Below, one piece after another: positions 38,033-47,861 of a DNA stretch of 64,000 nucleotides; position 1 is the first letter of the stretch; the number at the start of each line of letters is the position of its first letter. The position numbers were made by a program, and so were the translations under genes. The notes under the pieces are model-generated. The model worked only from the letters and a program-made list of their open reading frames with translations, searched no databases and was not told the origin of the DNA. The stretch comes from Negativicutes bacterium (lineage in GTDB: Bacteria > Bacillota > Negativicutes > UBA1444): contig CAXXIN010000012.1 of assembly GCA_963665275.2 (NCBI GenBank), positions 84,330 through 148,329 of the forward strand. The letters are read 5' to 3'.

Positions 38033-38923
38033 TTAATGCGAACTCCGCGTTGTCAACAAGACACCGGACATAACGAAAACCATTCCCACAACGTGGGGCC
38101 AAGTCACCGTCTCACCGTACAACAACGCCGCAATCAGCACCGCATTGACCGGCATCAGGTTGATGTAGGCGCTGGCCTTGCCCGCCCCGATTTCGCGAAC
38201 CCCCATGTTGAAAATCAAAAAAGCGATAAACGACGCAAAAATCGCCAAATAAATCAGCTCAGCCGCAACCTGGAATGAAACATCCGGCAGCTTCGCCCAG
38301 CCTTTTTCAGGCAGTGACGCAATCAACAGCATCATCGACCCCGTCAGCATTGATACCGCCGTTGCCAATGTCGGCGAAATACGCCGCATGATGATCTTTC
38401 CCAATATGGCATACGTCGTCCAAGTTGCAACAGCAGCCAACAATAGCAGTTCACCTCGGTTAAGGGAAAGGGAGAGCAGGGTTGACAAATCCCCCCTGGT
38501 TATCACGATCAGGACTCCTACCGCCGAAATCACGGCTCCCAGCCCCTGCCTGAGCGACCAGCGTTCCCCAAGGAACAGCACTGCCAACAGCGAAGTGGTC
38601 ACCGGGTTGATGACGATCACCAACGCTCCGTTGATCGCCGAAGTATACTGCATGCCAATGTTGAACAACGCATTGTAACCGAGGATCCCCGTCGCTCCCA
38701 AGCCAAGCAGTCCAGGCCAGGAAGCCCAGATGGCTCTCCAGTCCCACTCTCCCCGCCAAATTGTCCAAAGCGTCATCAGCAAACCGGCGCATAAAAAACG
38801 AAACGCCGCCACAGTCAGTGGCGGCAGTTCAGTCAGCACATGTTTTGTAGAGCCGAATGCACCACCCCAGAATAACGGAACCAATAGCATCAATAGATAG
38901 ATCCCCACTCGATTTTTTGCCAA
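38033..38923 (-). CDS. DMT/EamA family transporter
   Basis: Two hydrophobic EamA repeats (FWGG..., NP...LFLGE). Confidence 0.9.
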   Translation of the reverse strand: MAKNRVGIYLLMLLVPLFWGGAFGSTKHVLTELPPLTVAAFRFLCAGLLMTLWTIWRGEWDWRAIWASWPGLLGLGATGILGYNALFNIGMQYTSAINGALVIVINPVTTSLLAVLFLGERWSLRQGLGAVISAVGVLIVITRGDLSTLLSLSLNRGELLLLAAVATWTTYAILGKIIMRRISPTLATAVSMLTGSMMLLIASLPEKGWAKLPDVSFQVAAELIYLAIFASFIAFLIFNMGVREIGAGKASAYINLMPVNAVLIAALLYGETVTWPHVVGMVFVMSGVLLTTRSSH

Positions 38924-38956
38924 CCAACATCATCCTATTCTTCCAAATTCGCTTCG

Positions 38957-39823
38957 CTATTCTTGACGCTCCCATTCCTCGACGGGATAGGAACCCAGGC
39001 TCTTGAACCAGATGCTTTTTGCCTCCACCGCCGCCAGGACCTCCTTGATACGCGCTTCCCTGCAGTCGCCTTCCATGTCGAGGAAGAAAAGATACGCTCC
39101 CAGACCGGTACGAGCTGGCCTTGATTCAATCTTCGTCAGGTTGACCTCCCGATCGGCGAATTCCGATAAGATCCGATATAAATCTCCAGGGCGGGAGCCG
39201 TCGATCTGACAGACAATCGAGGTTTTCCAGCGCTTGGATTCGATCCACGCCGCCGGGGAAACCTTCAAAGTCACAAAGCGGGTACAGTTGCTGGCCGTGT
39301 CCTGAATATCCGCAGCGATAATATCCAGGCTGTAGAGTTCGGCCGCCGTCCTGCTGCCAATGGCGGCCAGACCGCTCTCCCCTGCGGCAACCCTGCGGGC
39401 CGCTTCCGCGGTACTCTCCACTGCAAGGCAGGCAGCTGAAGGGAATAGACGCGCCAGCGTCCGGCGGCACTGCGCCAAAGCCTGCGAATGCGACAAGATC
39501 AGCTGCACGCCTCGTCCAGCTTCACGCACCAGCAAATTGTGCCGCACGGGCATTACGATTTCACTGGCGATCAACAGCTCAACTTCATGCGCCAAGGTAT
39601 CCAGCGTAACATTTACAGATCCTTCCAGTGAGTTTTCAATCGGCACGACGCATTCGGAAATTTCTCCCGCAGCCACCGCCCGAATCGCCGCATCGATGGA
39701 TGCATAAGGTTCCAAAACTGCCGCGCCGCCGAAAAGTTTCAGGGCCACTTCCTGGCTATACGTTCCCTGTGGACCTAAAAATCCCACCCGATAATTGGAC
39801 TTTTCAATATGCTCCCGTATCAA
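38957..39823 (-). CDS. pheA: prephenate dehydratase
   Basis: LGPQGTYS, PIENSLEGSV, SHSQALAQC, NCTRF, NLTKIESRP (ACT domain). Confidence 0.93.
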   Translation of the reverse strand: MIREHIEKSNYRVGFLGPQGTYSQEVALKLFGGAAVLEPYASIDAAIRAVAAGEISECVVPIENSLEGSVNVTLDTLAHEVELLIASEIVMPVRHNLLVREAGRGVQLILSHSQALAQCRRTLARLFPSAACLAVESTAEAARRVAAGESGLAAIGSRTAAELYSLDIIAADIQDTASNCTRFVTLKVSPAAWIESKRWKTSIVCQIDGSRPGDLYRILSEFADREVNLTKIESRPARTGLGAYLFFLDMEGDCREARIKEVLAAVEAKSIWFKSLGSYPVEEWERQE

Positions 39824-39867
39824 TGGCCTGTCGCCCCTTTCTACTCATGGCTCGCAGGCCAACGTTT

Positions 39868-41205
39868 TTATTGCAGTTCCGCCCATGTTGAACTTTCCCG
39901 GCTCATTAGGCGGGCATTATGGATCAGCGCGTCCATCGGCGTCAGTTCTTTCGCGTTACTGCCATACAGCCCCACGTTCAGCACCGTTCCGTCGCGGACC
40001 CGGTACACAGTCTGATTCAGGGAAATATAGTACGTGTTTTCCGCACGGACTTGCACGGCCTGAATCTCCGGCACTACCAACAAGGAACAACCTGCCGCAG
40101 CCGCTTTTTCCAGATTCGACAAGGTGCTTTTTTCGCCCGGGTCCACCACATATCCCGGCAAAATTCCGTCATATTGCTCCCAAAGAGCTTCCTGCATATA
40201 AGGAAATTCGCTTTGCAACGCCGCTGGGAGGCTGTTTTTTATCTGAGCCACATAGAGGCGATTTTTTCCGGCAACCGGCTCGGAACGGGGCGCCAACCCT
40301 TCGTTTATGGCCCTCCGCAGTTTGGGATAATAATTTTTCAGAGCCAAGTCCAGATAGACCGGCATGTCATGGCTGAAGTAGCTTTTTAGGTCATCCGGCA
40401 CCGTCCACTCCAGTACGGAGCCCATCTGCCGATATCCGCCATAGACCCGCCGCAGGGCGAACGGAACTGGGTCCCCGTCCGCTACGATCCGCGTTTGGGC
40501 GAACTTTCCATCATATTTTTGCACGAAAGCTTCATTGCCAACCGACGGCGCACCAAAATTGATGACTTCAATCTGGCTGGCCTTAACGCCCATATCAATT
40601 AGCCGGGCCGCAAGCAGTGTCGCAACGGCGCCTCCCATGCTATGTCCCACCAGATAGATCTTGTCGTTATGATCTTCCCGCAAAATATTGGAAATCGACC
40701 GCTCAGTGCCGGCCTGACTGTCATTGGCGAGCACCGTTCCAGCTGACAATAACAGCTGCGCAGCCTGGTTGAATCCTTCATGTACTCGCGGCACATCCGA
40801 CGGCAAATCGGCTCGCGCCGCATTAGCTGCAAATTCATCAAGCGTCGAACCGGCAAAATAAACCTTCTTGGTTCTGAGATCGACTTTCGCATCCCTGACA
40901 CTCTCGGTTCCGCCGATTGCCAGCAAATAAACGTCGCGATCCTGCTCGGAATTCGGGTTCCAGGCCAACAGATATCTGGCGTCAGCCTTTTCGCCAACCA
41001 ATTTCTTCGGCTCCACTTTCCAGCCTTCCTGCTCGAATGCCGTCACAGCAATACCGCCGATGCGGTTGCTGTAAGAAGCCATACAAGCGGCTGCCGCCGA
41101 ATAGATTCTTTTCGCCTCCATATATTCAGCCAAGGTTCCCGCCGAGACGGCTGAAGTCCATGAAAAGGTAAACAACATTAACAAAACACCAGTAATGAGC
41201 CTCAT
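39868..41205 (-). CDS. secreted class 3 lipase family protein
   Basis: Signal peptide; VHEGF, VGHSMGGA (nucleophile Ser), FGAPSVG, DPVP, SHDM. Confidence 0.88.
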   Translation of the reverse strand: MRLITGVLLMLFTFSWTSAVSAGTLAEYMEAKRIYSAAAACMASYSNRIGGIAVTAFEQEGWKVEPKKLVGEKADARYLLAWNPNSEQDRDVYLLAIGGTESVRDAKVDLRTKKVYFAGSTLDEFAANAARADLPSDVPRVHEGFNQAAQLLLSAGTVLANDSQAGTERSISNILREDHNDKIYLVGHSMGGAVATLLAARLIDMGVKASQIEVINFGAPSVGNEAFVQKYDGKFAQTRIVADGDPVPFALRRVYGGYRQMGSVLEWTVPDDLKSYFSHDMPVYLDLALKNYYPKLRRAINEGLAPRSEPVAGKNRLYVAQIKNSLPAALQSEFPYMQEALWEQYDGILPGYVVDPGEKSTLSNLEKAAAAGCSLLVVPEIQAVQVRAENTYYISLNQTVYRVRDGTVLNVGLYGSNAKELTPMDALIHNARLMSRESSTWAELQ

Positions 41206-41235
41206 TTTCTCACTGTCCTTTGTCCAATCGTTTTT

Positions 41236-42750
41236 TCACTCAACCAAATGCTCCTTTTGCTGCAGAAATTCGCAGAAGACGTCCACCAAAGCCGGATCAA
41301 ATTGTTTGCCGGAACATTTTTTCAGCTCCTGAAGCGCGTTATTGATCGGCATCGCCTTGCGGTAAGGACGGTCGCTCGTCATGGCGTCATAAGCATCCGC
41401 AATCGATAGAATACGGCATTCCAACGGAATGTCCTCACCTGCGAGTCCAATCGGATAACCGCTGCCATCCCACCATTCATGATGACGCAAAATCCATTCT
41501 GCGATATGCAGCAGATCCACCGACGACAACGCGATTCGATAGCCGATTTCGCTGTGCCGTTTCATCTCTTCCCTTTCCGCTTCATTCAACGCACCCGGTT
41601 TGAACAAAATAGCATCACTGACGCCAACCTTCCCGATATCATGAAACTTCGCGAACAGCTTCATGGCTCCCTGTTGGCTGGAACCAAATCCGATCTTTTC
41701 CGCCAGACCGCCAACCCATACTTCCAACCGCTCCGCATGTCCTTCCGTTATAAAATCTCTCGCTTCCAGCAAGGTCATGACCGTGTTTACGATACCACTG
41801 CGCGTACTTTGGGAGCGCAGCAGCTTTTCACGGCGCACCTGATGATCAGCGTCCCGCAGCAGCACATTCAGCTCTATCGGCTTGCTTTCAGCAACCGCAT
41901 GGCCAACGGACAGGCTGAGAAAGCTGTCATTATTGCTCAAATTGTAGGATTCCACCGACTCGCGCAAATGCCGACAAATACCCTCAGCCTCTTTACGTCC
42001 GGTTCCCGGACAGATGAGGGCAAATTCGTCGCCCCCGACCCGGGCTAATATCGCTCCCGTTTCTACCAGCTCGCTGAGAAGTACTGCCGTCATAATGAGA
42101 CGCTGGTCACCAGATGCATGGCCCAGCGTTTCATTGGTCATCTGCAGTCCGTCGATATCACAGGCAATCAGAGCACAGGGCATCGATAGCGAATCGCGTC
42201 GCCGTTGAAACTCGTATTCCAGATATGCCCGGTTATAGAGACCCGTCAATGAGTCGTGCGTGCTCACATGATGCAACATGGCATCAGCCCGCTTGCGTTC
42301 GGAGACATCCCGCAAAATTACTACGGCAAAAATCGTTTCGCCCAGCGCTACCACATCAATGGAACCTTCAATCGGAACCTGTGAACCATCCCGACGTCGG
42401 AACTCCGTTGAAAACTCCTGCCGCAACCCCGCCTTATCCGATCTCCCTTCCAGGTGCTGCAGCACCGCTCCGGCTACAGGGAACAAATCCGTCAGCTTGG
42501 ATTCGAGCAATTTGCTGCGAGAAAAGCCCAAGACGCCGCATGCCGATTCATTGGCATCGACAATGGCACCGGAAGGCAAGCGAACCGTCAGGATTCCGTC
42601 GTTCACCTTGTCAAGCAAATTACGGAAAGTCTCCAGTTCTTCCAACCGTTTCTGCAGCTCCGGATAATAGTTTTTGCGGATCGAATTCTCGCCCAACCCA
42701 ATCAATTTTTCCCGGATAAAATCAGGTTGTTTGTCAGAGAACCGCTTCAT
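41236..42750 (-). CDS. PAS-GGDEF-HD-GYP signalling protein with an ErcS-like N-terminal segment
   Basis: N-terminal KLIGLGENSIRKNYYPELQ; PAS; HDSLTGLYNR, RVGGDEF; HDIGK, HHEWWDGSGYP. Confidence 0.9.
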   Translation of the reverse strand: MKRFSDKQPDFIREKLIGLGENSIRKNYYPELQKRLEELETFRNLLDKVNDGILTVRLPSGAIVDANESACGVLGFSRSKLLESKLTDLFPVAGAVLQHLEGRSDKAGLRQEFSTEFRRRDGSQVPIEGSIDVVALGETIFAVVILRDVSERKRADAMLHHVSTHDSLTGLYNRAYLEYEFQRRRDSLSMPCALIACDIDGLQMTNETLGHASGDQRLIMTAVLLSELVETGAILARVGGDEFALICPGTGRKEAEGICRHLRESVESYNLSNNDSFLSLSVGHAVAESKPIELNVLLRDADHQVRREKLLRSQSTRSGIVNTVMTLLEARDFITEGHAERLEVWVGGLAEKIGFGSSQQGAMKLFAKFHDIGKVGVSDAILFKPGALNEAEREEMKRHSEIGYRIALSSVDLLHIAEWILRHHEWWDGSGYPIGLAGEDIPLECRILSIADAYDAMTSDRPYRKAMPINNALQELKKCSGKQFDPALVDVFCEFLQQKEHLVE

Positions 42751-43894
42751 AAATCGCCTCAACATCCTGCTTTTTCAGGAGGATAGGATTCGTCGCCATG
42801 CAGGCATCCCGCATGGCAAATTCGGTGAGCCTTGGAATGTCCGATTTTTTCACACCCAACCGCCCGATAGTGGGAAGAATTCCAACGGTTTCCCGCAGCT
42901 CGGAAAGCTTTTTGACCAACAGTTGCGAACGTTTCCCTGCATCGCAACCCTGCAAAGGGATTCCCAGGACTTCCGCGATCCGGTCATAGCGTTCCGGGCA
43001 GCCGGGATAATTGAAAGCAACGACCGCTGTCAGCAGAATCGCATTGCATTCGCCATGCGGCAGGTCCAGATATCCGCCGAGGCTGTGCGCCAAGGCATGG
43101 ACCGCGCCAAGAATCGCATTGGAAAAAGCTAACCCTGCATTCAAACTGGCCAACATCATCGGCCCCTGAAACTGAAGCAACCAAGGCTGGGCGACCGCAC
43201 CAGGCAAATTGGCGGCAACCAGACGAATCGCCTCCAGTGCATGCAAGTCGGTAATGGGGGAATGGGCGCTCGAAACATACGCTTCAATGGCATGCGTCAA
43301 GGCATCCATCCCGGTACAGGCAACTCCATAAGGCGGCAACGTAGTCAAGGTCTGGGGATCGATCAGCGCAACATCAGGCACCACCGTTTTGCTGACGATA
43401 GCCATTTTGGTCCGACGACGGGTGTCTGCAATAATCACGAATTGAGATACCTCAGCGGCGCTGCCGGCTGTTGTCGGGACACAGACAATCGGCGGAGTCG
43501 GGTATTCGACCAGATCCACCCCTTCAAATTCCTCAATGTCACGCCCGTGGCTGGCCACAATGCCAATCGCCTTGGCGCAGTCCATCGGGCTGCCGCCGCC
43601 CACTGCGACGATCGCGTTACAGCCAGCCGCCTCATAAAAACGCTCTCCCGCACGAACTTCCTCGGCCTTGGGATTTTCGCTCACATCTTCAAATATCACA
43701 TAGGGAAGCTCAGCCCGGTCAAGACTCTCTGTCACATGGGAAACCCATCCGGCTTTCCTGACCCTTGGATCTGTCACCAACAGGACCTTTTTGGCGCCCA
43801 GGTTTTTGGCATACTGACCCGCGAGGTCAATCGCCCCAACTCCGAACACGAATTCCGGCGCCACAAACTTTCTCAGGGCCCATTCGCCAGTCAT
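42734..43894 (-). CDS. ercA: iron-containing alcohol dehydrogenase-like regulatory protein (ErcA-like)
   Basis: LRKFVAPEFVFG N-terminus, GGGSPMDCAK, PTTAGS, DALTHAIE, HALAHSLGG, PHGECN. Confidence 0.8.
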   Translation of the reverse strand: MTGEWALRKFVAPEFVFGVGAIDLAGQYAKNLGAKKVLLVTDPRVRKAGWVSHVTESLDRAELPYVIFEDVSENPKAEEVRAGERFYEAAGCNAIVAVGGGSPMDCAKAIGIVASHGRDIEEFEGVDLVEYPTPPIVCVPTTAGSAAEVSQFVIIADTRRRTKMAIVSKTVVPDVALIDPQTLTTLPPYGVACTGMDALTHAIEAYVSSAHSPITDLHALEAIRLVAANLPGAVAQPWLLQFQGPMMLASLNAGLAFSNAILGAVHALAHSLGGYLDLPHGECNAILLTAVVAFNYPGCPERYDRIAEVLGIPLQGCDAGKRSQLLVKKLSELRETVGILPTIGRLGVKKSDIPRLTEFAMRDACMATNPILLKKQDVEAIYEAVL

Positions 43895-44019
43895 CCTGTC
43901 AACCTCCCTATAACCCAGCCCAAATTCAGTAAGGAGAACTCCGCTGTTATTCCAAAGAAATTCGACGCCAGAGTTGCCGTGTCCTGCCAATCCTTTGACA
44001 GCATTATTAAATTTGTTGC

Positions 44020-45321
44020 TCAACTATTTGTCGGCAAAACAACGCGAAACAGGCTGCCGCCGCCGCCTGCAGCCTGCACTTCAATTGTTCCCCCATGTGC
44101 ATCGACAATCCAGACAGCAATGGACAAGCCGAGTCCGGCGCCGCCTTCTTCCCTGGAACGGGCTTTATCCACTCGATAAAATCGTTCAAAAACGCGTTGT
44201 CGATCTTCCGGCGACAGTCCCATTCCCGTGTCAGCCACTTCCAAAAGAATGGAATTCGGTCGTTCCTGGTCGACCCGGATCGTCACCCGGCCGCCGGACG
44301 GCGTGAATTTGATTCCGTTATCCGCCAAAATCATCAGGAGCTGGACGATCCGGTCTTTGTCCGCCTGGATAAAAAGATTTCGCTCACCCGACAGCTCCAG
44401 GATCACTCCCCTAGCTTCCGCCAAGGGCTGCATTGTGCGAAAAACATGCTCCGCCGCCTCAGCCGCGTCGAAATGTTCCCGATTCAGTTCGAGCCCCCCC
44501 GCATCTGCCCGCGCCAACGTCAATAAGTTCGTGGTGAGCCTGGCCATGCGACGCACTTCATCCTTCAGGTCATCGAGGATCTGCCGGGACAGGGAAGACA
44601 TTCGCTCCCGTTCCTCCTTTTCCACCACGTCCAGCGAGGCCTGAATCACACTTAACGGCGTTCTCAGTTCATGTGAAGCGTCCGCGACAAATTGCCTCTG
44701 GGCCTCAAAAGATCGACGGATGGGAACCAGCGCCCTGCCGGCGGCAAAATGTCCGACAGCGCCCGCCAGCAATAAAAAACCAGCCAGCGACCCCCACAAG
44801 GTCTGCGCCAACCGAGACAGGAAATGATCGTACGCCGACAGATCTTTGCCGACAATCAGCAGGCCGCGTGACCGTTCGTCCTCCCGCAATTGCAACGACG
44901 TCCACAAAAAACGGAGTCGCCCTCCATCCCCCATATCTGTTGTGTTGATCAGCATCCCATTCTCAGGGGGCATCGCTGACATGAATTCCAACGGTGGCCG
45001 CAAAGCAGGATCCTGTCCGTCAGCGCCAACAATGTCGCCGCGCGACGTCACAACAAAAAACGCATACGACGAATCCAGGAAGCCCCGAGCTTTCTTTTCC
45101 CGCCCTCCCTCGCTGCGTTTTCGGTCGTTGTTTTTCAAAAGTTCCGCCGCATCATGGGAAATCCGGGCTGAAAACAGTTTCAGATCGCGCTCTTGTTCAT
45201 TCATCAACAGCGTGGACAGGCCAAAATAAAAAATCAGCGCAAAGCTTCCCAGCGCCAGCGCCGTCAATATCGTATATAGGAGAGCAAGTCGGTTGCGAAT
45301 ACGGCTAAACATTTCAGACAT
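44020..45321 (-). CDS. two-component sensor histidine kinase
   Basis: Two TM helices; ADASHELRTPL, DNGIKFT, DTGMG, FERFYR, GLGL. Confidence 0.93.
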   Translation of the reverse strand: MSEMFSRIRNRLALLYTILTALALGSFALIFYFGLSTLLMNEQERDLKLFSARISHDAAELLKNNDRKRSEGGREKKARGFLDSSYAFFVVTSRGDIVGADGQDPALRPPLEFMSAMPPENGMLINTTDMGDGGRLRFLWTSLQLREDERSRGLLIVGKDLSAYDHFLSRLAQTLWGSLAGFLLLAGAVGHFAAGRALVPIRRSFEAQRQFVADASHELRTPLSVIQASLDVVEKEERERMSSLSRQILDDLKDEVRRMARLTTNLLTLARADAGGLELNREHFDAAEAAEHVFRTMQPLAEARGVILELSGERNLFIQADKDRIVQLLMILADNGIKFTPSGGRVTIRVDQERPNSILLEVADTGMGLSPEDRQRVFERFYRVDKARSREEGGAGLGLSIAVWIVDAHGGTIEVQAAGGGGSLFRVVLPTNS

Positions 45322-45985
45322 CCACCTTGTAACCGATACCCCGTACCGTGCTGATCAACGGAGGCTCACCGGGGCAATCGAGTTTTTTGCGCAGCAGACG
45401 AACATAGGCGTCCAGGCTGTTGTCGGACACTTCGCTGCCCAAACCCCAGATCCGGTCGAGCAACACTTCCCGGGGCAATACCCTGCCGCGGTTCTGCACG
45501 AGCAAGTCCAGCAGCTGAAACTCCCGCGCGCTGAGGTTGATTTCCACGTCCTCACGGTAAAAAGTACGTCGGCTCCTGTTCAGGATCCAATTCCCCACCG
45601 CGATCACCTCTTCCTGCAACGGCGCGTCTCCTCTGCGCAACAAAGCCCTCAATCGCGCAAACAGTTCCCCAAATTCAAAGGGTTTCACCAAATAATCGTC
45701 CGCACCTGCGTCCAGTCCCTGAATCCGGTCATCCAAAGCATCCCGGGCCGTAAGCATCAAAATCGGCCGTGAATAACCCTGTTCTCGCAGTTGTCGGCAC
45801 GTCTCAACTCCCGACAGTCCGGGCATCATCCAGTCGAGCACCAGCACGTCATAGACCCCGTCGACGGCCCGATGCAACGCTTCGTCACCGCGAAGCACCC
45901 AGTCCACCTCGTGATGTTCCGCCGAGAGCATGTGTTCAATCAGGCGTCCCAAACGAGCATCATCTTCAGCCAGCAGAATTTTCAT
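45314..45985 (-). CDS. OmpR-family response regulator
   Basis: MKILLAEDD, LDWMMPG, LTA, GADDYLVKPF, TVRGIGY. Confidence 0.95.
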   Translation of the reverse strand: MKILLAEDDARLGRLIEHMLSAEHHEVDWVLRGDEALHRAVDGVYDVLVLDWMMPGLSGVETCRQLREQGYSRPILMLTARDALDDRIQGLDAGADDYLVKPFEFGELFARLRALLRRGDAPLQEEVIAVGNWILNRSRRTFYREDVEINLSAREFQLLDLLVQNRGRVLPREVLLDRIWGLGSEVSDNSLDAYVRLLRKKLDCPGEPPLISTVRGIGYKVDV

Positions 45986-46553
45986 TCGCAGAGCGCCGCC
46001 TCTCAACCAATTTCCATACACGCATCAACAGGAGGGAACTCACGATACTCGCCGTAGCCGGATAAATCCAGGACAGGAACAGGATATTGCCGCTTTTGCT
46101 CAGCATTGCGCCATGATAGAAGGAAAGTATAAAGCAGGGGAACGCCAGATAGTGGGTAGCGCGCCAGTTTTCATAGCCGATCGCTTTCATGACGGAACGG
46201 TAGGACGTCAGCACAAGCGCCGCCATCGTATAGAGCGCGATGATCCCGGTCGCGATTTCTAAAGTTTTGTGCTGGGTCCAGAAGGGAATCAGCACATCCA
46301 TCCAGGACACGAATGCATATTTGTCGATAAAAAAGGCTAAGCCGTGAAGCAGCAACAGAGCCAATGCCGAAAACGAAATCAGCCGGTGATAGGCCAAAAA
46401 ATTCGCCCGCTGACGGGCGGGGACCCATTGCAGACTGAGGATCAGACCTCCGGAAACAATGAGGAACAGCAGTACATAAGCCGCCATTCCGCTGCCGCGA
46501 ACCATGTCGCCTGTAGAAAAAACCGTTAGAAGCTCACTAAGCCTGTTTGACAC
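45966..46553 (-). CDS. ferric reductase-like (MsrQ-type) transmembrane protein
   Basis: Several TM helices with paired His residues (YHR..LHG; THY..YHG), RGSG..AY, WRATHY. Confidence 0.8.
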   Translation of the reverse strand: MSNRLSELLTVFSTGDMVRGSGMAAYVLLFLIVSGGLILSLQWVPARQRANFLAYHRLISFSALALLLLHGLAFFIDKYAFVSWMDVLIPFWTQHKTLEIATGIIALYTMAALVLTSYRSVMKAIGYENWRATHYLAFPCFILSFYHGAMLSKSGNILFLSWIYPATASIVSSLLLMRVWKLVERRRSANENSAG

Positions 46554-47532
46554 GGGGACTCACCTTCCATTCCTGTGCATATACTTTCAAATTGTCACTG
46601 TGCACGATCGTTCCATCAACGCGAACCACGACGAAAGCCAGATCGGGCCGTCGTTCCTCAAGCCAGGGGACTCCATCGGCAGAACCAAGCACCAACAGAC
46701 ACTTGGCGTATTGCTCCGCAATAGACAGATCGCGGGCCATAACCGTAGCCTGCAACAGGTCGGACGCAGCAGAGACGCCGGTCCTCGGATCGAGGATGTG
46801 ATGGGCGGGAGCTTGTCCCGGATTTTGCCATCGACGTTTCACCACGCTGCTGGTAGCGATCGCCGTCAGTCCCTCGATCCAAAATTCCGCGATGTCTTCG
46901 CCGCTTTCCAGGGGATCGGCGACCCCGATCCCCCATACGCCCTGTGCAGGTTCCCTGCCCCATACGACAACATCTCCGCCTGCATCGACGAGCCCGTTCC
47001 GGATTCCTTTTGCCATCAGTCCGTCCGCCGCCCGCTGCGCCGTCCAGCCCTTGGCAATACCACCGACATCAATAGCGGCAAACTGTGAAAGCCGCACCTG
47101 CTGCTTGTGCGAATCCATTTCCAGAGGAGGCTGCTTCAGAGAAAACTCTGTCGCGGCAACCGTTCCCGGCAAAATCGACCGTACTGCCGTCTCGTGCTTG
47201 CCGAAGGCAAGATGCGGTGCTGCCGGCAAGGTTTCGAAACTCCGGTCATAACCCAGAGCCGCCACCTCTCGCCCCATAAAGGGATTGAACAGGCCCTCCG
47301 TAGCCTGAAACGCATTGACTGCATCTCTCAGAAGGTCATAGGTCAGCGGAGAAACTGAAGTCCACTCGCCTGTCGACTGATTGATCCGGCTGATCTCACT
47401 GTCTGGCGCAAACCGGCTGAAAGCGGACTCCGCCTGCCGGACGAGCTCCTGTAGCAAGTTTGCCGCCACCTCCGGGAGTCCATCGATCAGAAAATCCGTA
47501 TTCATGGCTTTGAAGGCGAGCGGCATGTCCAT
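46537..47532 (-). CDS. apbE: FAD:protein FMN transferase (ApbE family)
   Basis: AMNT, FSRF, SEISRIN, DVGGIAKGW, DAGGD, ATSS, HHILDPRTG. Confidence 0.93.
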   Translation of the reverse strand: MDMPLAFKAMNTDFLIDGLPEVAANLLQELVRQAESAFSRFAPDSEISRINQSTGEWTSVSPLTYDLLRDAVNAFQATEGLFNPFMGREVAALGYDRSFETLPAAPHLAFGKHETAVRSILPGTVAATEFSLKQPPLEMDSHKQQVRLSQFAAIDVGGIAKGWTAQRAADGLMAKGIRNGLVDAGGDVVVWGREPAQGVWGIGVADPLESGEDIAEFWIEGLTAIATSSVVKRRWQNPGQAPAHHILDPRTGVSAASDLLQATVMARDLSIAEQYAKCLLVLGSADGVPWLEERRPDLAFVVVRVDGTIVHSDNLKVYAQEWKVSPRVKQA

Positions 47533-47534
47533 GA

Positions 47535-47795
47535 TCAGGAAGCCTTGGTCTTGGTGTTTTTGGTGCGCGTGGCATTCGCCGGCGCCGGATCAGCCGGAGG
47601 CGCAACTTGCGAATCCGCTGTTCCCTGAGTCAACTTAGTCGGAGCTGGCACAGAGGTCTTGGCAGTGACTGCTGACGCCTGCGGGGGCAGAGCTGCAGTT
47701 TTTCCCTTCCCTGCGACATGACTGTATGCGGTAAAACCTGTAAACAGCGCGGCGCTTAACGTTCCGACAATCAACATATCTGTTTTCTTTGACAT
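47535..47795 (-). CDS. small membrane-anchored low-complexity protein ending in TKTKAS
   Basis: One N-terminal hydrophobic helix and an Ala/Pro/Thr-rich linker; first gene of the apbE operon; RBS AAGGGG. Confidence 0.75.
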   Translation of the reverse strand: MSKKTDMLIVGTLSAALFTGFTAYSHVAGKGKTAALPPQASAVTAKTSVPAPTKLTQGTADSQVAPPADPAPANATRTKNTKTKAS

Positions 47796-47825
47796 GAAGT
47801 TCACCCCTTATTTGTATTTGTCTTT

Positions 47826-47860
47826 ACTATACAGGGTGTTTCTGAAAAAAAGCTGAAAAG
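47826..47860 (-). promoter_or_regulatory. putative promoter with OmpR-type direct repeats
   Basis: TTTTCAG repeated with 11-bp spacing (plus-strand CTGAAAA at 47842 and 47853) upstream of a TATAGT -10. Confidence 0.45.
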
Positions 47861-47861
47861 C

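Noticed and set aside
43970-43992. TGGCA...GGCA resembling a sigma54 promoter before the ErcA-like gene
   Set aside because: The GG-to-GC spacing is one base short of the strict -24/-12 requirement.
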